64,000 nucleotides of DNA from a virus. This document shows, one piece after another, positions 29,204 through 37,849 of the stretch (positions within the stretch are counted from its first letter, which is position 1; each line of letters begins with the position of its first letter). Both the position numbers and the translations under genes were made by a program. The stretch is taken from positions 1 through 64,000 of the IMG/VR virus record IMGVR_UViG_3300045988_121566; one strand, given 5' to 3'. The notes beneath the pieces are model-generated. The model made no database searches. It worked only from the letters and a program-made list of their open reading frames with translations, and was not told the origin of the DNA.

Positions 29204-29362
29204 TAAGCAGTTGTATATTTATCGTTAAATATTCTAAAAAGATATTATTTAAGCAATGATTTGTTGCAAAAATGCCTATATTTGCAGTGAATTGTAATGT
29301 AAAAGGCATGTTTGATACATAATTAACTCAAACCAAGCAAAAATAAATAAAAACTGAAAGTT

Positions 29363-29833
29363 ATGGAAACAGAACAAGAAGAAAGTCCGATTTCGGAAGA
29401 AGAGCGGCGTGCGATACGTTCGCGATTGCTTGACAGAGGCATATTCAAGCTGTATGAGATTGGTGTGAAATGGATTCCCATCCCGCTAATGATCGGTCAC
29501 TGGTACGGAGTTTGGGACTATTCGAGATATTCGCGTCCCATTATCCTTGACACGGATACGAACGGAAACTGCGTGATATGGCTTTATATACTGGCTTATG
29601 TCTATATGCCGCTTGCCATGCTGCCAGCGAGTTATTTCTATAAATACTGCTGGATGTTCAGAATACCCTTCCTTTATTTTTTCGGTATTAATGCCATAAG
29701 AATATACTACAAGAGCTGGATGATACGCCCGGAACAGATAGAGGCGCATCATATATTTATTATATTCACAATTATACTTTACATTTATGGATTCATTAAA
29801 CTTACTTTTGAGCGAGGTACGAAATGCGCTTAG
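29363..29833 (+). CDS. multi-pass membrane protein (first gene of the lysis-side operon)
   Basis: 156 aa with 3-4 hydrophobic helices and an acidic N-terminus. Confidence 0.6.
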   Translation: METEQEESPISEEERRAIRSRLLDRGIFKLYEIGVKWIPIPLMIGHWYGVWDYSRYSRPIILDTDTNGNCVIWLYILAYVYMPLAMLPASYFYKYCWMFRIPFLYFFGINAIRIYYKSWMIRPEQIEAHHIFIIFTIILYIYGFIKLTFERGTKCA

Positions 29834-29834
29834 A

Positions 29835-30248
29835 ATGTTGGAAGAAGGAGAGTGTGGTATGAGTAAGGAGCAGGAGGAGAACGCCTACAGAGCCATACAA
29901 TACTACAAGAACGGAGTGAGTCACTTTGACGAGTTGACAGCGAGAGGCTGCATCTCACAGATGTACTACTACGACAGTGATACCCACAGGAGCTATGCTC
30001 CATTTGTGAGCTACGAGGACATAGAAAAGGAGTACAGACGCGTAGGTAAGGATATACCTGACTACAATCTATGGGACTTCGCGGTAACGATGAATCTGAT
30101 GTATTCGAACCACATAGAGTTGGTGAGAAAATGGACGAAGGACAAAGGCAGTCTGATTGGGAGGATGAGCGAGTTGTCGGTAAGTTTTCTGAATGACGAG
30201 GATACTGTCCATCCTACAGATAAGATATTCTGGTACATGATGGGATAG
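29835..30248 (+). CDS. hypothetical protein
   Basis: ATG 29835 lies 2 nt after the previous stop. The track start at 29787 would overlap the previous gene. Confidence 0.55.
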   Translation: MLEEGECGMSKEQEENAYRAIQYYKNGVSHFDELTARGCISQMYYYDSDTHRSYAPFVSYEDIEKEYRRVGKDIPDYNLWDFAVTMNLMYSNHIELVRKWTKDKGSLIGRMSELSVSFLNDEDTVHPTDKIFWYMMG

Positions 30249-30315
30249 GTAAGACTACTAAGAGAAAAAGGTGAAAGAAAAGCGCATATCTTTGTAGGCA
30301 ACAAAAATCAAAGAT

Positions 30316-30756
30316 ATGACAGAGATAATACATACATTTTTGCAAGAGCATCTATACAGATCGGCGCTGGTGATAGCTATCTGTATGGGTGCTCTTATCG
30401 TATCTATGGCCGTAGACCTGTTCTTCGGCATAAAGAAGGCGAGACAGAACGGAGAGGCTACGACCAGCATGGGGCTAAAGAAAACCTGCGACAAGGCAAG
30501 AAAGTATTTCTCGCCATTCTTGGTTACGGTGTGCATAGACCTGATAGCCTGCATCGTGATGCCGTTCCCGGTATTCTCGATGATATGGGCAGGGTACTGC
30601 GTGTTTTGCGAATTCATGAGTGTGAGAGAAAAGTCATGGCAGAAGGCAGAGATACGCAAGCAGGAAAAGACAATAAGCATACTATTGGAGAACAAAGACG
30701 ACCTGGCAAAGGCTTTTGCTGAGGTTCTAAAGAAACAGCAGGAGGCAGAGAAATGA
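30316..30756 (+). CDS. holin-family protein
   Basis: Hydrophobic helices with the pattern FGIKKARQNGEATTSMGLKKT ... CEFMSVREK, typical of holin/toxin-secretion holins. Overlaps the endolysin start. Confidence 0.65.
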   Translation: MTEIIHTFLQEHLYRSALVIAICMGALIVSMAVDLFFGIKKARQNGEATTSMGLKKTCDKARKYFSPFLVTVCIDLIACIVMPFPVFSMIWAGYCVFCEFMSVREKSWQKAEIRKQEKTISILLENKDDLAKAFAEVLKKQQEAEK

Positions 30757-31298
30757 AGATAACGAGGCTGCAGATGTATGAAATCCTGGAAGACTGGGAC
30801 AGAGTGAGCTACTTTCTGCATTATATCAACGAGTGGTGTGATGTTTTTCATATCAATACACCACTGAGACTTGCTCACTTCATGGCTCAGGTATGTCATG
30901 AGACCAACGGGCTGAGGTGTATGAGAGAACTCGGGAATCCATCGTACTTCCGAAAATACGAGGAAGGAAGGCTTGGAAAGATGCTCGGTAACAACATGAA
31001 GGGTGATGGCGCGAGATATAAGGGAAGAGGGATGCTGCACATTACAGGCAGAGTCAACTACAAGGCTTATCAGGACTCTGGATATTGCAAGGGCGACATC
31101 ATGGAGAATCCGGAACTGCTGGAAAAGCCGCTCGGTGCAACAAAGAGTGGTGCCTGGTGGTGGTGGAAGCACGGACTGAACGAGTTGGCCGACAAGGACG
31201 ATGTGGTGGCTGTGACGAAACGCATTAACGGAGGAACCAACGGGCTTGCGAGCAGGAAAAGATGGTTGGCAAAATGTAAAAAGGTGTTGTGCTCATGA
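30753..31298 (+). CDS. endolysin, GH19/putative-chitinase type
   Basis: HFMAQVCHETNG ... GDGARYKGRGMLHITGRVNYKAY motif set. ATGA overlap with the holin gene. Confidence 0.8.
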   Translation: MKITRLQMYEILEDWDRVSYFLHYINEWCDVFHINTPLRLAHFMAQVCHETNGLRCMRELGNPSYFRKYEEGRLGKMLGNNMKGDGARYKGRGMLHITGRVNYKAYQDSGYCKGDIMENPELLEKPLGATKSGAWWWWKHGLNELADKDDVVAVTKRINGGTNGLASRKRWLAKCKKVLCS

Positions 31299-31693
31299 AG
31301 TTGAACATTGCGATATTGGTGATATTAGCAGGGTTGGCTCTCGGAAGCTGCAAGACGAAGTACGTAAGTGTGCCTGAGATCCATACTGAGTACATAACGA
31401 GGGTGGACACGACTGTCATAATGGATAGTGTGTACCAGAGAGACTCGGTATATGTGGAGAGAAAGGGAGATACCCTGTACGTAAACAAGACATTGTATAG
31501 GGACAGGTATCATAATATATATAAGGTAAAGAAGGACACAGTCGTTAAACGTGACAGTGTGAACGTAGCTTACCCTGTGGAGAAGGAGATGAGTAGGAGC
31601 GAAAGGCTCTTTGTAGCGATTGGGAAGTTTTTTGCCGCATTGGTGATTGCGCTGCTTTTCGTGATTGGCGTGAAGCAGTATAAACGACATTGA
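31295..31693 (+). CDS. lipoprotein with C-terminal transmembrane helix (unimolecular spanin-like)
   Basis: ATG 31295 gives MKLNIAILVILAGLALGSC (lipobox). C-terminal TM is LFVAIGKFFAALVIALLFVIGV. Overlaps the endolysin stop. Confidence 0.5.
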   Translation: MKLNIAILVILAGLALGSCKTKYVSVPEIHTEYITRVDTTVIMDSVYQRDSVYVERKGDTLYVNKTLYRDRYHNIYKVKKDTVVKRDSVNVAYPVEKEMSRSERLFVAIGKFFAALVIALLFVIGVKQYKRH

Positions 31694-31694
31694 T

Positions 31695-32015
31695 ATGGTG
31701 AAGATAAGCGAGGAACTGGAGGCTATAGACAACCTGTTGATGGAGTTTCACGACAGGATAAGGTCTGGCAGATGTCTTGTCAACAGAACGCAGTCGGCCT
31801 TTCTGTTTGACTATCTACATAGGCTGGCAAATAAGGATGAGGCTATCAGCTTTGCTGAGGCTTGTAAATATACCAGGCTGCCATCTTCTACTTTTAGAAG
31901 ATATGTGAAGGATGGCAAGTTGCCTGCTGGAAAGAAAAGACTCGGGTTTACCGAAAAAGTGTGGTACCCGAAAGAACTGGACGAATATTTAGATAGGTTA
32001 GTGAATAGGTTATAG
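31695..32015 (+). CDS. helix-turn-helix DNA-binding protein (excisionase/MerR-like HTH)
   Basis: AISFAEACKYTRLPSSTFRRYVKDGKLPAGKK. Confidence 0.5.
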   Translation: MVKISEELEAIDNLLMEFHDRIRSGRCLVNRTQSAFLFDYLHRLANKDEAISFAEACKYTRLPSSTFRRYVKDGKLPAGKKRLGFTEKVWYPKELDEYLDRLVNRL

Positions 32016-32058
32016 TTTTATGGGTTTTAGTTATTATGTTTTTAAGTTTTTTGAAAAA

Positions 32059-32091
32059 GCCCCCACTCAGTCGTGATGACCGGGTGGTGGC
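32059..32091. terminator. candidate bidirectional terminator
   Basis: GCCCCCAC (32059-32066) pairs with GTGGTGGC (32084-32091) with one mismatch. T-runs on both sides, between convergent genes. Confidence 0.4.
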
Positions 32092-32097
32092 GTCTTT

Positions 32098-32490
32098 TTA
32101 TAAATGGCCATCACAAACAAAGAAATGAGTATTATCGGGGAGATTTTCAAAGTACGTTTTAATGTCACTTTCTGCCTCAAACTCCCACTTTAAGTTGTGT
32201 TCTGGAGTCTCATCTCTGATGTCATAGCATTCATAATATTGCCTCTTTCTAACTATTTTGTCATATAATTCCATATCATCCTTAGTAAACTCACAATCCT
32301 CTTGTTCTGGATATAAAGATTCAGAATGATGTGTGAGGTTTTCTAAAAGTTCTTTTTTCGTATATACTGTAAGGTAATCATACGAAAATGCTATTTCTGA
32401 AGGTGATTCACATAATAAATCTGGGCAGTCCTCAAAAATGTTGAACAAATTCTCGATTGTTCCAACGAATAAAACTCTACAATGTGACAT
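32098..32490 (-). CDS. hypothetical early protein
   Basis: 130-aa ATG ORF. Confidence 0.6.
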   Translation of the reverse strand: MSHCRVLFVGTIENLFNIFEDCPDLLCESPSEIAFSYDYLTVYTKKELLENLTHHSESLYPEQEDCEFTKDDMELYDKIVRKRQYYECYDIRDETPEHNLKWEFEAESDIKTYFENLPDNTHFFVCDGHL

Positions 32491-32516
32491 ACGCTATTTT
32501 TCTTTAAGTTTTATTT

Positions 32517-32765
32517 TTATGATCCAATGCGAATATCACCATTATCATAGGTTGATACACTGCAAGCGTCACTATACTCAAATCCAGTAGATACGAAAAC
32601 AGGTTTATCTCCATTTTCTTCTATCAACTTTTTGAGTTCTCTGATAACATCAGTAGCCATAAGTTGACGTTCTGGCTTGTAAATATTTTTGTTATCAAAT
32701 GTGAACCCACGTTCTTCCATCAATTTTTTAAGATTTGGGTCTAAACAAATTTTATACTTAACCAT
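32517..32765 (-). CDS. hypothetical early protein
   Basis: 82-aa ATG ORF. Confidence 0.55.
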   Translation of the reverse strand: MVKYKICLDPNLKKLMEERGFTFDNKNIYKPERQLMATDVIRELKKLIEENGDKPVFVSTGFEYSDACSVSTYDNGDIRIGS

Positions 32766-32773
32766 ATCTATTC

Positions 32774-32974
32774 TTATTTAAGTTCTACTGGCTCATCGTT
32801 CCAGCTTAATTCTCTTCCGATGAGCTTCTTGATGCTACCTTTTGGAAGCTCTACGTAGTCGTACACTCTATTTTCGTATTCGCAAAATGTTGGCTCCCAT
32901 ACACAATAAAATCGTTGTGGCATTGATTCATAGATGTATTCGTCACCATACCTATTAACTGCTACCCATGCCAT
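32774..32974 (-). CDS. hypothetical early protein
   Basis: First ATG at 32974 (MAWVAVNRYGDEY). The track start at 33028 is TTG. Confidence 0.5.
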   Translation of the reverse strand: MAWVAVNRYGDEYIYESMPQRFYCVWEPTFCEYENRVYDYVELPKGSIKKLIGRELSWNDEPVELK

Positions 32975-32976
32975 AA

Positions 32977-33066
32977 CTATTCCTCCTCTTTCATATAAGG
33001 GCAACACTCTGCGTATATATACTTGCAAATATCACTTAATTTGCAAAGTTGACAATCTCCAATCAT
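32977..33066 (-). CDS. possible 29-aa Cys-rich peptide
   Basis: MIGDCQLCKLSDICKYIYAECCPYMKEEE. Its stop lies 2 nt before the next ATG and its start 21 nt after the methylase stop. Below the ORF-track size cut-off. Confidence 0.3.
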   Translation of the reverse strand: MIGDCQLCKLSDICKYIYAECCPYMKEEE

Positions 33067-33087
33067 AACTATATTGTAATTCTATTG

Positions 33088-33921
33088 TTAGAATAGGCTC
33101 GGCTGCGCCATTTCAAGTTGAATGCGCTTGCAAGCCTTGTCGTAATATTCTTTGTTTAATTCAAAGCCGATGAAGTTGCGCTTCTCACGGATGGCTGCAA
33201 TGGCGGTGGTGCCACTTCCAGAACAGTTATCCAATATAGTGTCGCCCTCGTTGGAGTAGGTGCGAATGAGGTACTGAATAAGAGCTACGGGCTTTTGAGT
33301 GGGGTGGAAGGTGTCAGCAGAATGTTCCTTATCGAAACATATAATGCTCTTTGGGAATTTTTCATCTGATACGATAGTAGGCACTTCTTTATGGTCGCCG
33401 TAGCAACCTCGCTTCAAACTATGAGAACCATCGCCCTTTCTATGGTTTCGTTGATGTGGCGCACATTTTACCATCTGAGGGTTGTAGATAGGCAGCTTTC
33501 GATAAAATACTGCAATATCCTCATGCGAGCGTAAAGGCATTTTGTTCGCATTTAGAAAGCCAGTTGGACGCTGCTTGCTCCAAATGAGATTGTATTTCCA
33601 AAGTTTAGGCTGCGACATCATAAGCTGCGCAGTGAACATACCCTGACAGAATAGAATAATGGCTGCATTAGGCTTTGTAATGCGTAGATATTGCGCCCAT
33701 AATGGCTCAATCGGAATAAGGCTATCCCATCCTCCTCCTTCACTCTGCTTGTTGAGGACACCATACGGCAAATCGCATATCACGCAATCCACGCTTCCGT
33801 CAGGAATACGTTTCATTCCTTCGAGGCAGTCTTCATTATATATCTTATTCAGTTCAATCATGCTTTGTTGTTTTTGTGTTGTTATGTTTTTGTAGAACGT
33901 GTTAAACAATCGCATTTTCAT
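33088..33921 (-). CDS. DNA N6-adenine/N4-cytosine methyltransferase (beta-class, DPPY-type)
   Basis: DCVICDLPYG (motif IV) lies N-terminal of NCSGSGTTAIAA (motif I). The start may instead be ATG 33861 (MIELNKIYNEDCLEGM). Confidence 0.8.
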   Translation of the reverse strand: MKMRLFNTFYKNITTQKQQSMIELNKIYNEDCLEGMKRIPDGSVDCVICDLPYGVLNKQSEGGGWDSLIPIEPLWAQYLRITKPNAAIILFCQGMFTAQLMMSQPKLWKYNLIWSKQRPTGFLNANKMPLRSHEDIAVFYRKLPIYNPQMVKCAPHQRNHRKGDGSHSLKRGCYGDHKEVPTIVSDEKFPKSIICFDKEHSADTFHPTQKPVALIQYLIRTYSNEGDTILDNCSGSGTTAIAAIREKRNFIGFELNKEYYDKACKRIQLEMAQPSLF

Positions 33922-33987
33922 TAATACGTCATGTTTGATATGTTAAGAAATTATCGTTTCATCAACATAAGGTTATACCTATTACCT

Positions 33988-35007
33988 TCATATCTCATAC
34001 TCCATCAGATATTCCTCACACCTGAATCCCTTTCTTGGCATGAAGTCCTTGAAGTCGGTGGTGCAGAATATCATTCGCTTGTTGCACCACTGAGCCATGT
34101 CCTTTTGCCATTTAGGGATGACGTGATTAGGATTTGTCGGGTCGCGGTATGGCTGGGCGTAGGCATACACGGCTCTGCCTTCATGGTCTTTGCGAAAGCG
34201 TTTTAGTCGCTCCCACCAATAATGCAGACGATGATAACATTCCCGAAAGTCATTCTTGCCTCCTATCATGGTGTATAGGAAATATTCGCCACGAAATCCT
34301 GCTGCATTGATAAGCTGCATGGCTCGCTCACATTCCGCTATCTGCGCCGTGGTGTCGCAACCGAAGCGGATGCGAGAGTCTATCCATTTTACTTTTCCTA
34401 ACAACTCTGCATATTCTGTCGTTACCAGTCGTGCGTCCATCGCCTGATTGAAGTCGATATGCAGGCCAAGGTCGATTATCTTCTGAAGCTGTTCTTTCGC
34501 ATAGTCGCCCGCTGCAAGAATGTTGTTGTCCATCAGCACAACATGCGTCCTGCCCTCGATGGCTATCTCCTCTATATCCATATACGGACGGATGAACCCC
34601 TCTTTCTTGGGCACCACACACCAAAAGCACTTGTTGGGGCAACCTTCGGTCAGTTTGCCGTAAGCATGGTTCTTTGGCACCCATGGAAACAAATCGTATA
34701 GCGGTTGCAGGCGGTCTATCTCGTCGGGCAGACGCTTGTAGATGTCGTAGCCGGTGCCACCCTTCTCCAGTCGGTCGTAGGAGAACTGCCGAAAGTCGAT
34801 GTCGGGAGAGAAATTGAACACCTTGCTGGCATACAGGATGTCGTAATGATGCCTGTCGAAAAGGTCGGTAGGCTGCGCCCATTCCACCTCGTCGCCATGC
34901 ATCGTGTGCCAACGGGCAATCTTGCCGAGAGCCACGTTAGGATATACCGTAGCTCCCCATTTCTTTTTGCCGTGTCGTCCGTCCACATCAATAAGTCCTA
35001 TCCTCAT
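33988..35007 (-). CDS. radical SAM domain protein
   Basis: CxxxCxxC cluster in LTEGCPNKCFWCVVP. 339 aa, immediately upstream of the methyltransferase. Confidence 0.65.
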   Translation of the reverse strand: MRIGLIDVDGRHGKKKWGATVYPNVALGKIARWHTMHGDEVEWAQPTDLFDRHHYDILYASKVFNFSPDIDFRQFSYDRLEKGGTGYDIYKRLPDEIDRLQPLYDLFPWVPKNHAYGKLTEGCPNKCFWCVVPKKEGFIRPYMDIEEIAIEGRTHVVLMDNNILAAGDYAKEQLQKIIDLGLHIDFNQAMDARLVTTEYAELLGKVKWIDSRIRFGCDTTAQIAECERAMQLINAAGFRGEYFLYTMIGGKNDFRECYHRLHYWWERLKRFRKDHEGRAVYAYAQPYRDPTNPNHVIPKWQKDMAQWCNKRMIFCTTDFKDFMPRKGFRCEEYLMEYEI

Positions 35008-35058
35008 TCCTCATCCTCCGTTTCCTCAAAATTCGTCAATTTTAATTCCATTGTAATT

Positions 35059-35445
35059 CTACTCAATTTTTGCTCCAAACGGTTTACCGTCAGAAAAAAC
35101 ATACATATTCATAATGCTCAAAAAGTCCCAACCTGTTATTCCATTTAATGCCATCATGTCTTCATTGTCTACAACAGTGATTAAGGTGCGATGTCCATCA
35201 TTCTTATCTTTCAACCATCCAAAAGGTTGATGTTTTTGCATCTCCTGCCAGCATTCTTCTGTGTTCTTGAATGGGCGATACTTTGGCTCTTGCTTTATTC
35301 TGTATTCTAAATCATTATCAAAGCTTGGGTCTTCGTCATCATACCACAAAGGCTTGTCGCCTTTGATACATCTGCTTTCTATTGTTTTGCCATCTGCAAA
35401 AGCTACCAAAATAGGCATTAGTTTTTTAACTTCTTCTCTTGTCAT
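35059..35445 (-). CDS. hypothetical early protein
   Basis: ATG at 35445 (MTREEVKK). The track start at 35451 is TTG. Confidence 0.55.
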   Translation of the reverse strand: MTREEVKKLMPILVAFADGKTIESRCIKGDKPLWYDDEDPSFDNDLEYRIKQEPKYRPFKNTEECWQEMQKHQPFGWLKDKNDGHRTLITVVDNEDMMALNGITGWDFLSIMNMYVFSDGKPFGAKIE

Positions 35446-35447
35446 AC

Positions 35448-35606
35448 TCAATCCTCCAACTCTTTAAGTGCCTTATCACATTTTTGAATATTTAAGTCCA
35501 TTTTCTCTACAAGAGTGTCTTCATCTCTAATATACAACATACTCTTCACTAAAAATAAACTATGTTTAACCTCCTTGATTAACTCTATAGCTTTTTCTTT
35601 ACTCAT
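35448..35606 (-). CDS. possible 52-aa helical protein
   Basis: MSKEKAIELIKEV ... ALKELED. Its stop lies 2 nt before the next ATG and it fills an otherwise empty gap. Confidence 0.45.
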   Translation of the reverse strand: MSKEKAIELIKEVKHSLFLVKSMLYIRDEDTLVEKMDLNIQKCDKALKELED

Positions 35607-35618
35607 TGCTTATCCTCT

Positions 35619-35864
35619 TTAGTAATTGATAATTTTCTGCGTCTTACGAACCTTATCGAAAAACTTACGAACTTCTTGTGAAGTTGCTTCTCTCAAGTAG
35701 CCTTTCATCCAATTACCAATACCATTGGATTTCTGAATCATTCCATCAGAATCCTCACCAATTATAACGCCATATCCATCAGCGTTAATAAAGCCATCAT
35801 GTATAAACACTTTGCCATAACCATCAACTAAGATAGTACCTGCTCTAAATTCACTTAATCTCAT
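35619..35864 (-). CDS. hypothetical early protein
   Basis: 81-aa ATG ORF. Confidence 0.55.
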   Translation of the reverse strand: MRLSEFRAGTILVDGYGKVFIHDGFINADGYGVIIGEDSDGMIQKSNGIGNWMKGYLREATSQEVRKFFDKVRKTQKIINY

Positions 35865-35912
35865 ATTCTATTCTTTTTACCCTCTCCCTGTTGCCAAGGA
35901 GAGGGTGGTTAG

Positions 35913-36161
35913 TTACTCAGCTACTTCCTCGTAAGTCTTAGCGAAAATATCAGGCTTACAAGGATAGAACTCTCCGTTTACACCCTTGATGATATAGTCA
36001 CCAATAGATGCCTCCATATCTCCTTCTAAGGTATGAATCACAAGGGTAGTTCCTTTGTTTTCAACGGTTCCACCCATAAAATTGTCAATCTCAGACAAAT
36101 TCTTGCCATTCCACTGAATAGCTTCAATGGTAACAGGCTTCTTTCTGTACTTCTTAATCAT
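35913..36161 (-). CDS. hypothetical early protein (common small phage family)
   Basis: [11 protein letters not shown] ... [27 protein letters not shown]. Confidence 0.55.
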   Translation of the reverse strand: MIKKYRKKPVTIEAIQWNGKNLSEIDNFMGGTVENKGTTLVIHTLEGDMEASIGDYIIKGVNGEFYPCKPDIFAKTYEEVAE

Positions 36162-36198
36162 ATTACTTATATTTATGTCCTATAAGGACGGTTAGTTA

Positions 36199-36414
36199 CT
36201 AAAGCTCGTCAAACTCTTTCTGAAATCTCTGTTTTGTTTCATTCAGTAATTGCTTGAATTTTTTGCCAAATTCCATATCATGTTGTGATAGTCCCCAAAT
36301 AGCATCAGCAAGTCCATTTCTGCTTGATTTTAAAGACATATCTAAGAGTTCATCTACTTTAGGAATCAAACTTTTGGCTAAGATATTTGCTCTTTCTAAT
36401 TTATCTATATTCAT
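36199..36414 (-). CDS. hypothetical early protein
   Basis: 71-aa ATG ORF. Confidence 0.5.
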   Translation of the reverse strand: MNIDKLERANILAKSLIPKVDELLDMSLKSSRNGLADAIWGLSQHDMEFGKKFKQLLNETKQRFQKEFDEL

Positions 36415-36448
36415 AATCTATCTATTTATGTCCGAAGGCGGTTAAATA

Positions 36449-36721
36449 CTAATGTAAAAAAATATTTTTATCGCCTAAATCTTTTAATGCTATATCCTTA
36501 CACTTTTGACAAAGAAATCTGTTTCCTACGCCATTGTCAAAACACGCTACAGAAATAAGATCTTCTGGTTGGAATTTGCGCCCACAGCAAAAGCAAGTCT
36601 TTTGTACTGACAAATTATAATTCTCACGCAACTCTTTAAAACAGGCAAATGTTCCAAAGATGTGTCCTTCTTCACACCCTACTGCTTTGTATATTTTCTT
36701 AGTTATTTTTACTACTTCCAC
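36449..36721 (-). CDS. small zinc-ribbon protein
   Basis: Cysteine pairs CFCCGRKF and FLCQKCKD. GTG start 2 nt after the upstream stop. Confidence 0.5.
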   Translation of the reverse strand: MEVVKITKKIYKAVGCEEGHIFGTFACFKELRENYNLSVQKTCFCCGRKFQPEDLISVACFDNGVGNRFLCQKCKDIALKDLGDKNIFLH

Positions 36722-36723
36722 AC

Positions 36724-37155
36724 CTATTCCTCCTTATCTTTTAGTTCAACGAAATCGCCAATGCCCAAACGAGCCTTGTTGATACAATCACATATCCACC
36801 CCATAAGGTATGCCTGATGCTCATTGTTGGCAACCCTGAACCTCTCAAGGTCACATGAGTCATTCATTGACGAAAGAACATGAAACGCCTCATGGCTGAT
36901 ATTTCTCATAGTCATGTCTTTCTTCTTTGGGAAGACTACAAGATTGCCGATGTAATTTCCTGATTTACTCATACATTCGTCATAAACCATACCTCCGTAG
37001 TTTCCTTCATTCATAGGCTCATCGTTGTGAACAAGAGGTTTGCCTTTCATGTCGGTAAAGCATTTGTCAATCTCGTCCTCACTTGTGTCGTACATTACCC
37101 ACAGCTTCCTTGGATAAATGCCGTTACTGTATTCGTAATATCCCTTCTTCTTCAT
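36724..37155 (-). CDS. small HExxH (zincin-like) protein
   Basis: NISHEAFHVLSS followed by NNEHQAYLMG. Same layout as ORF 9243-9623. Confidence 0.55.
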   Translation of the reverse strand: MKKKGYYEYSNGIYPRKLWVMYDTSEDEIDKCFTDMKGKPLVHNDEPMNEGNYGGMVYDECMSKSGNYIGNLVVFPKKKDMTMRNISHEAFHVLSSMNDSCDLERFRVANNEHQAYLMGWICDCINKARLGIGDFVELKDKEE

Positions 37156-37157
37156 TT

Positions 37158-37373
37158 TTATTTCCCTTTCTTTTTAGGAACATATACGTTTAACACATCA
37201 TTAAACTCATAGCAATCTGGGCAGTAGTGCTTATCTCCTATCTCTTCCCATTCTGATGCAAGAGCATAGTATATTGCAGATTGCTTATCAGTCCAAGCAA
37301 TACACCCGTCTGCTTCAAAAATTTTTCCGCATCTGTCACATACGACAGAATACGTAGTAACTGGCTTAATCAT
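37158..37373 (-). CDS. small zinc-ribbon protein
   Basis: CDRCGKIF ... HYCPDCY. Confidence 0.55.
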   Translation of the reverse strand: MIKPVTTYSVVCDRCGKIFEADGCIAWTDKQSAIYYALASEWEEIGDKHYCPDCYEFNDVLNVYVPKKKGK

Positions 37374-37710
37374 GGTTTCCTCCTTTCTGCTTTGGCAGTA
37401 TGTCAGATAAATAAGCCCACTTGGTGATTTGGCATCTACTAATTGAATGTCTCCAAGATTCCTCTTTCCAAATAAAGGATTCTTTAAAGTGTAGGGAAAT
37501 ATAGTTATAAGAACCTATGGTAATAATATCACTCTTTCTCTTATCTGGCTCTTCTTCAATAGGATGCCACAAGTCCTTTAAAAACTCATTGATAGCCCAA
37601 TTAGCACCTTTCCTAAAAGCTTCTGCTATAAAAGGATTGGTATTGAGAGTGCCATAAGTAGCATCACAATATCCTTGTGCTGCACTTTTTATTTTGTTTT
37701 TATCAATCAT
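37366..37710 (-). CDS. hypothetical early protein (DUF551-like pattern)
   Basis: WHPIEEEPDKRKSDIITIG ... ITKWAYLSDILP resembles DUF551 from recollection only. Confidence 0.45.
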   Translation of the reverse strand: MIDKNKIKSAAQGYCDATYGTLNTNPFIAEAFRKGANWAINEFLKDLWHPIEEEPDKRKSDIITIGSYNYISLHFKESFIWKEESWRHSISRCQITKWAYLSDILPKQKGGNHD

Positions 37711-37847
37711 AATCTACCCTTTCTTCTTTTTAATTGTCGTTTTCTCCTCTCTCTACGTTTTGTCTTTCCATCTTTAGGGGCATCAACGCATTTTAGTTTT
37801 GGGAGGAGATAATAAGGTATGTAATCTATTGAATCTTCATTGTTCAT
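37707..37847 (-). CDS. possible 46-aa highly basic protein
   Basis: MNNEDSIDYIPYYLLPKLKCVDAPKDGKTKRRERRKRQLKRRKGRL. Its start lies 2 nt after the upstream stop, and its stop overlaps the next ATG (ATGA). Confidence 0.45.
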   Translation of the reverse strand: MNNEDSIDYIPYYLLPKLKCVDAPKDGKTKRRERRKRQLKRRKGRL

Positions 37848-37849
37848 GT

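Noticed and set aside
30258-31172. 304-aa minus-strand ORF.
   Set aside because: It lies antisense to the holin and endolysin genes, which have clear motifs. It has no motif of its own and a Ser/Cys/His-rich composition typical of a shadow ORF.
34328-34912. 194-aa alternative-frame ORF inside the radical-SAM gene. Similar nested ORFs occur at 52106-52768 and 16427-16918.
   Set aside because: They are embedded in longer ORFs that carry recognisable motifs. Their Arg/Ser/Gly-rich low-complexity translations are typical of off-frame reading.
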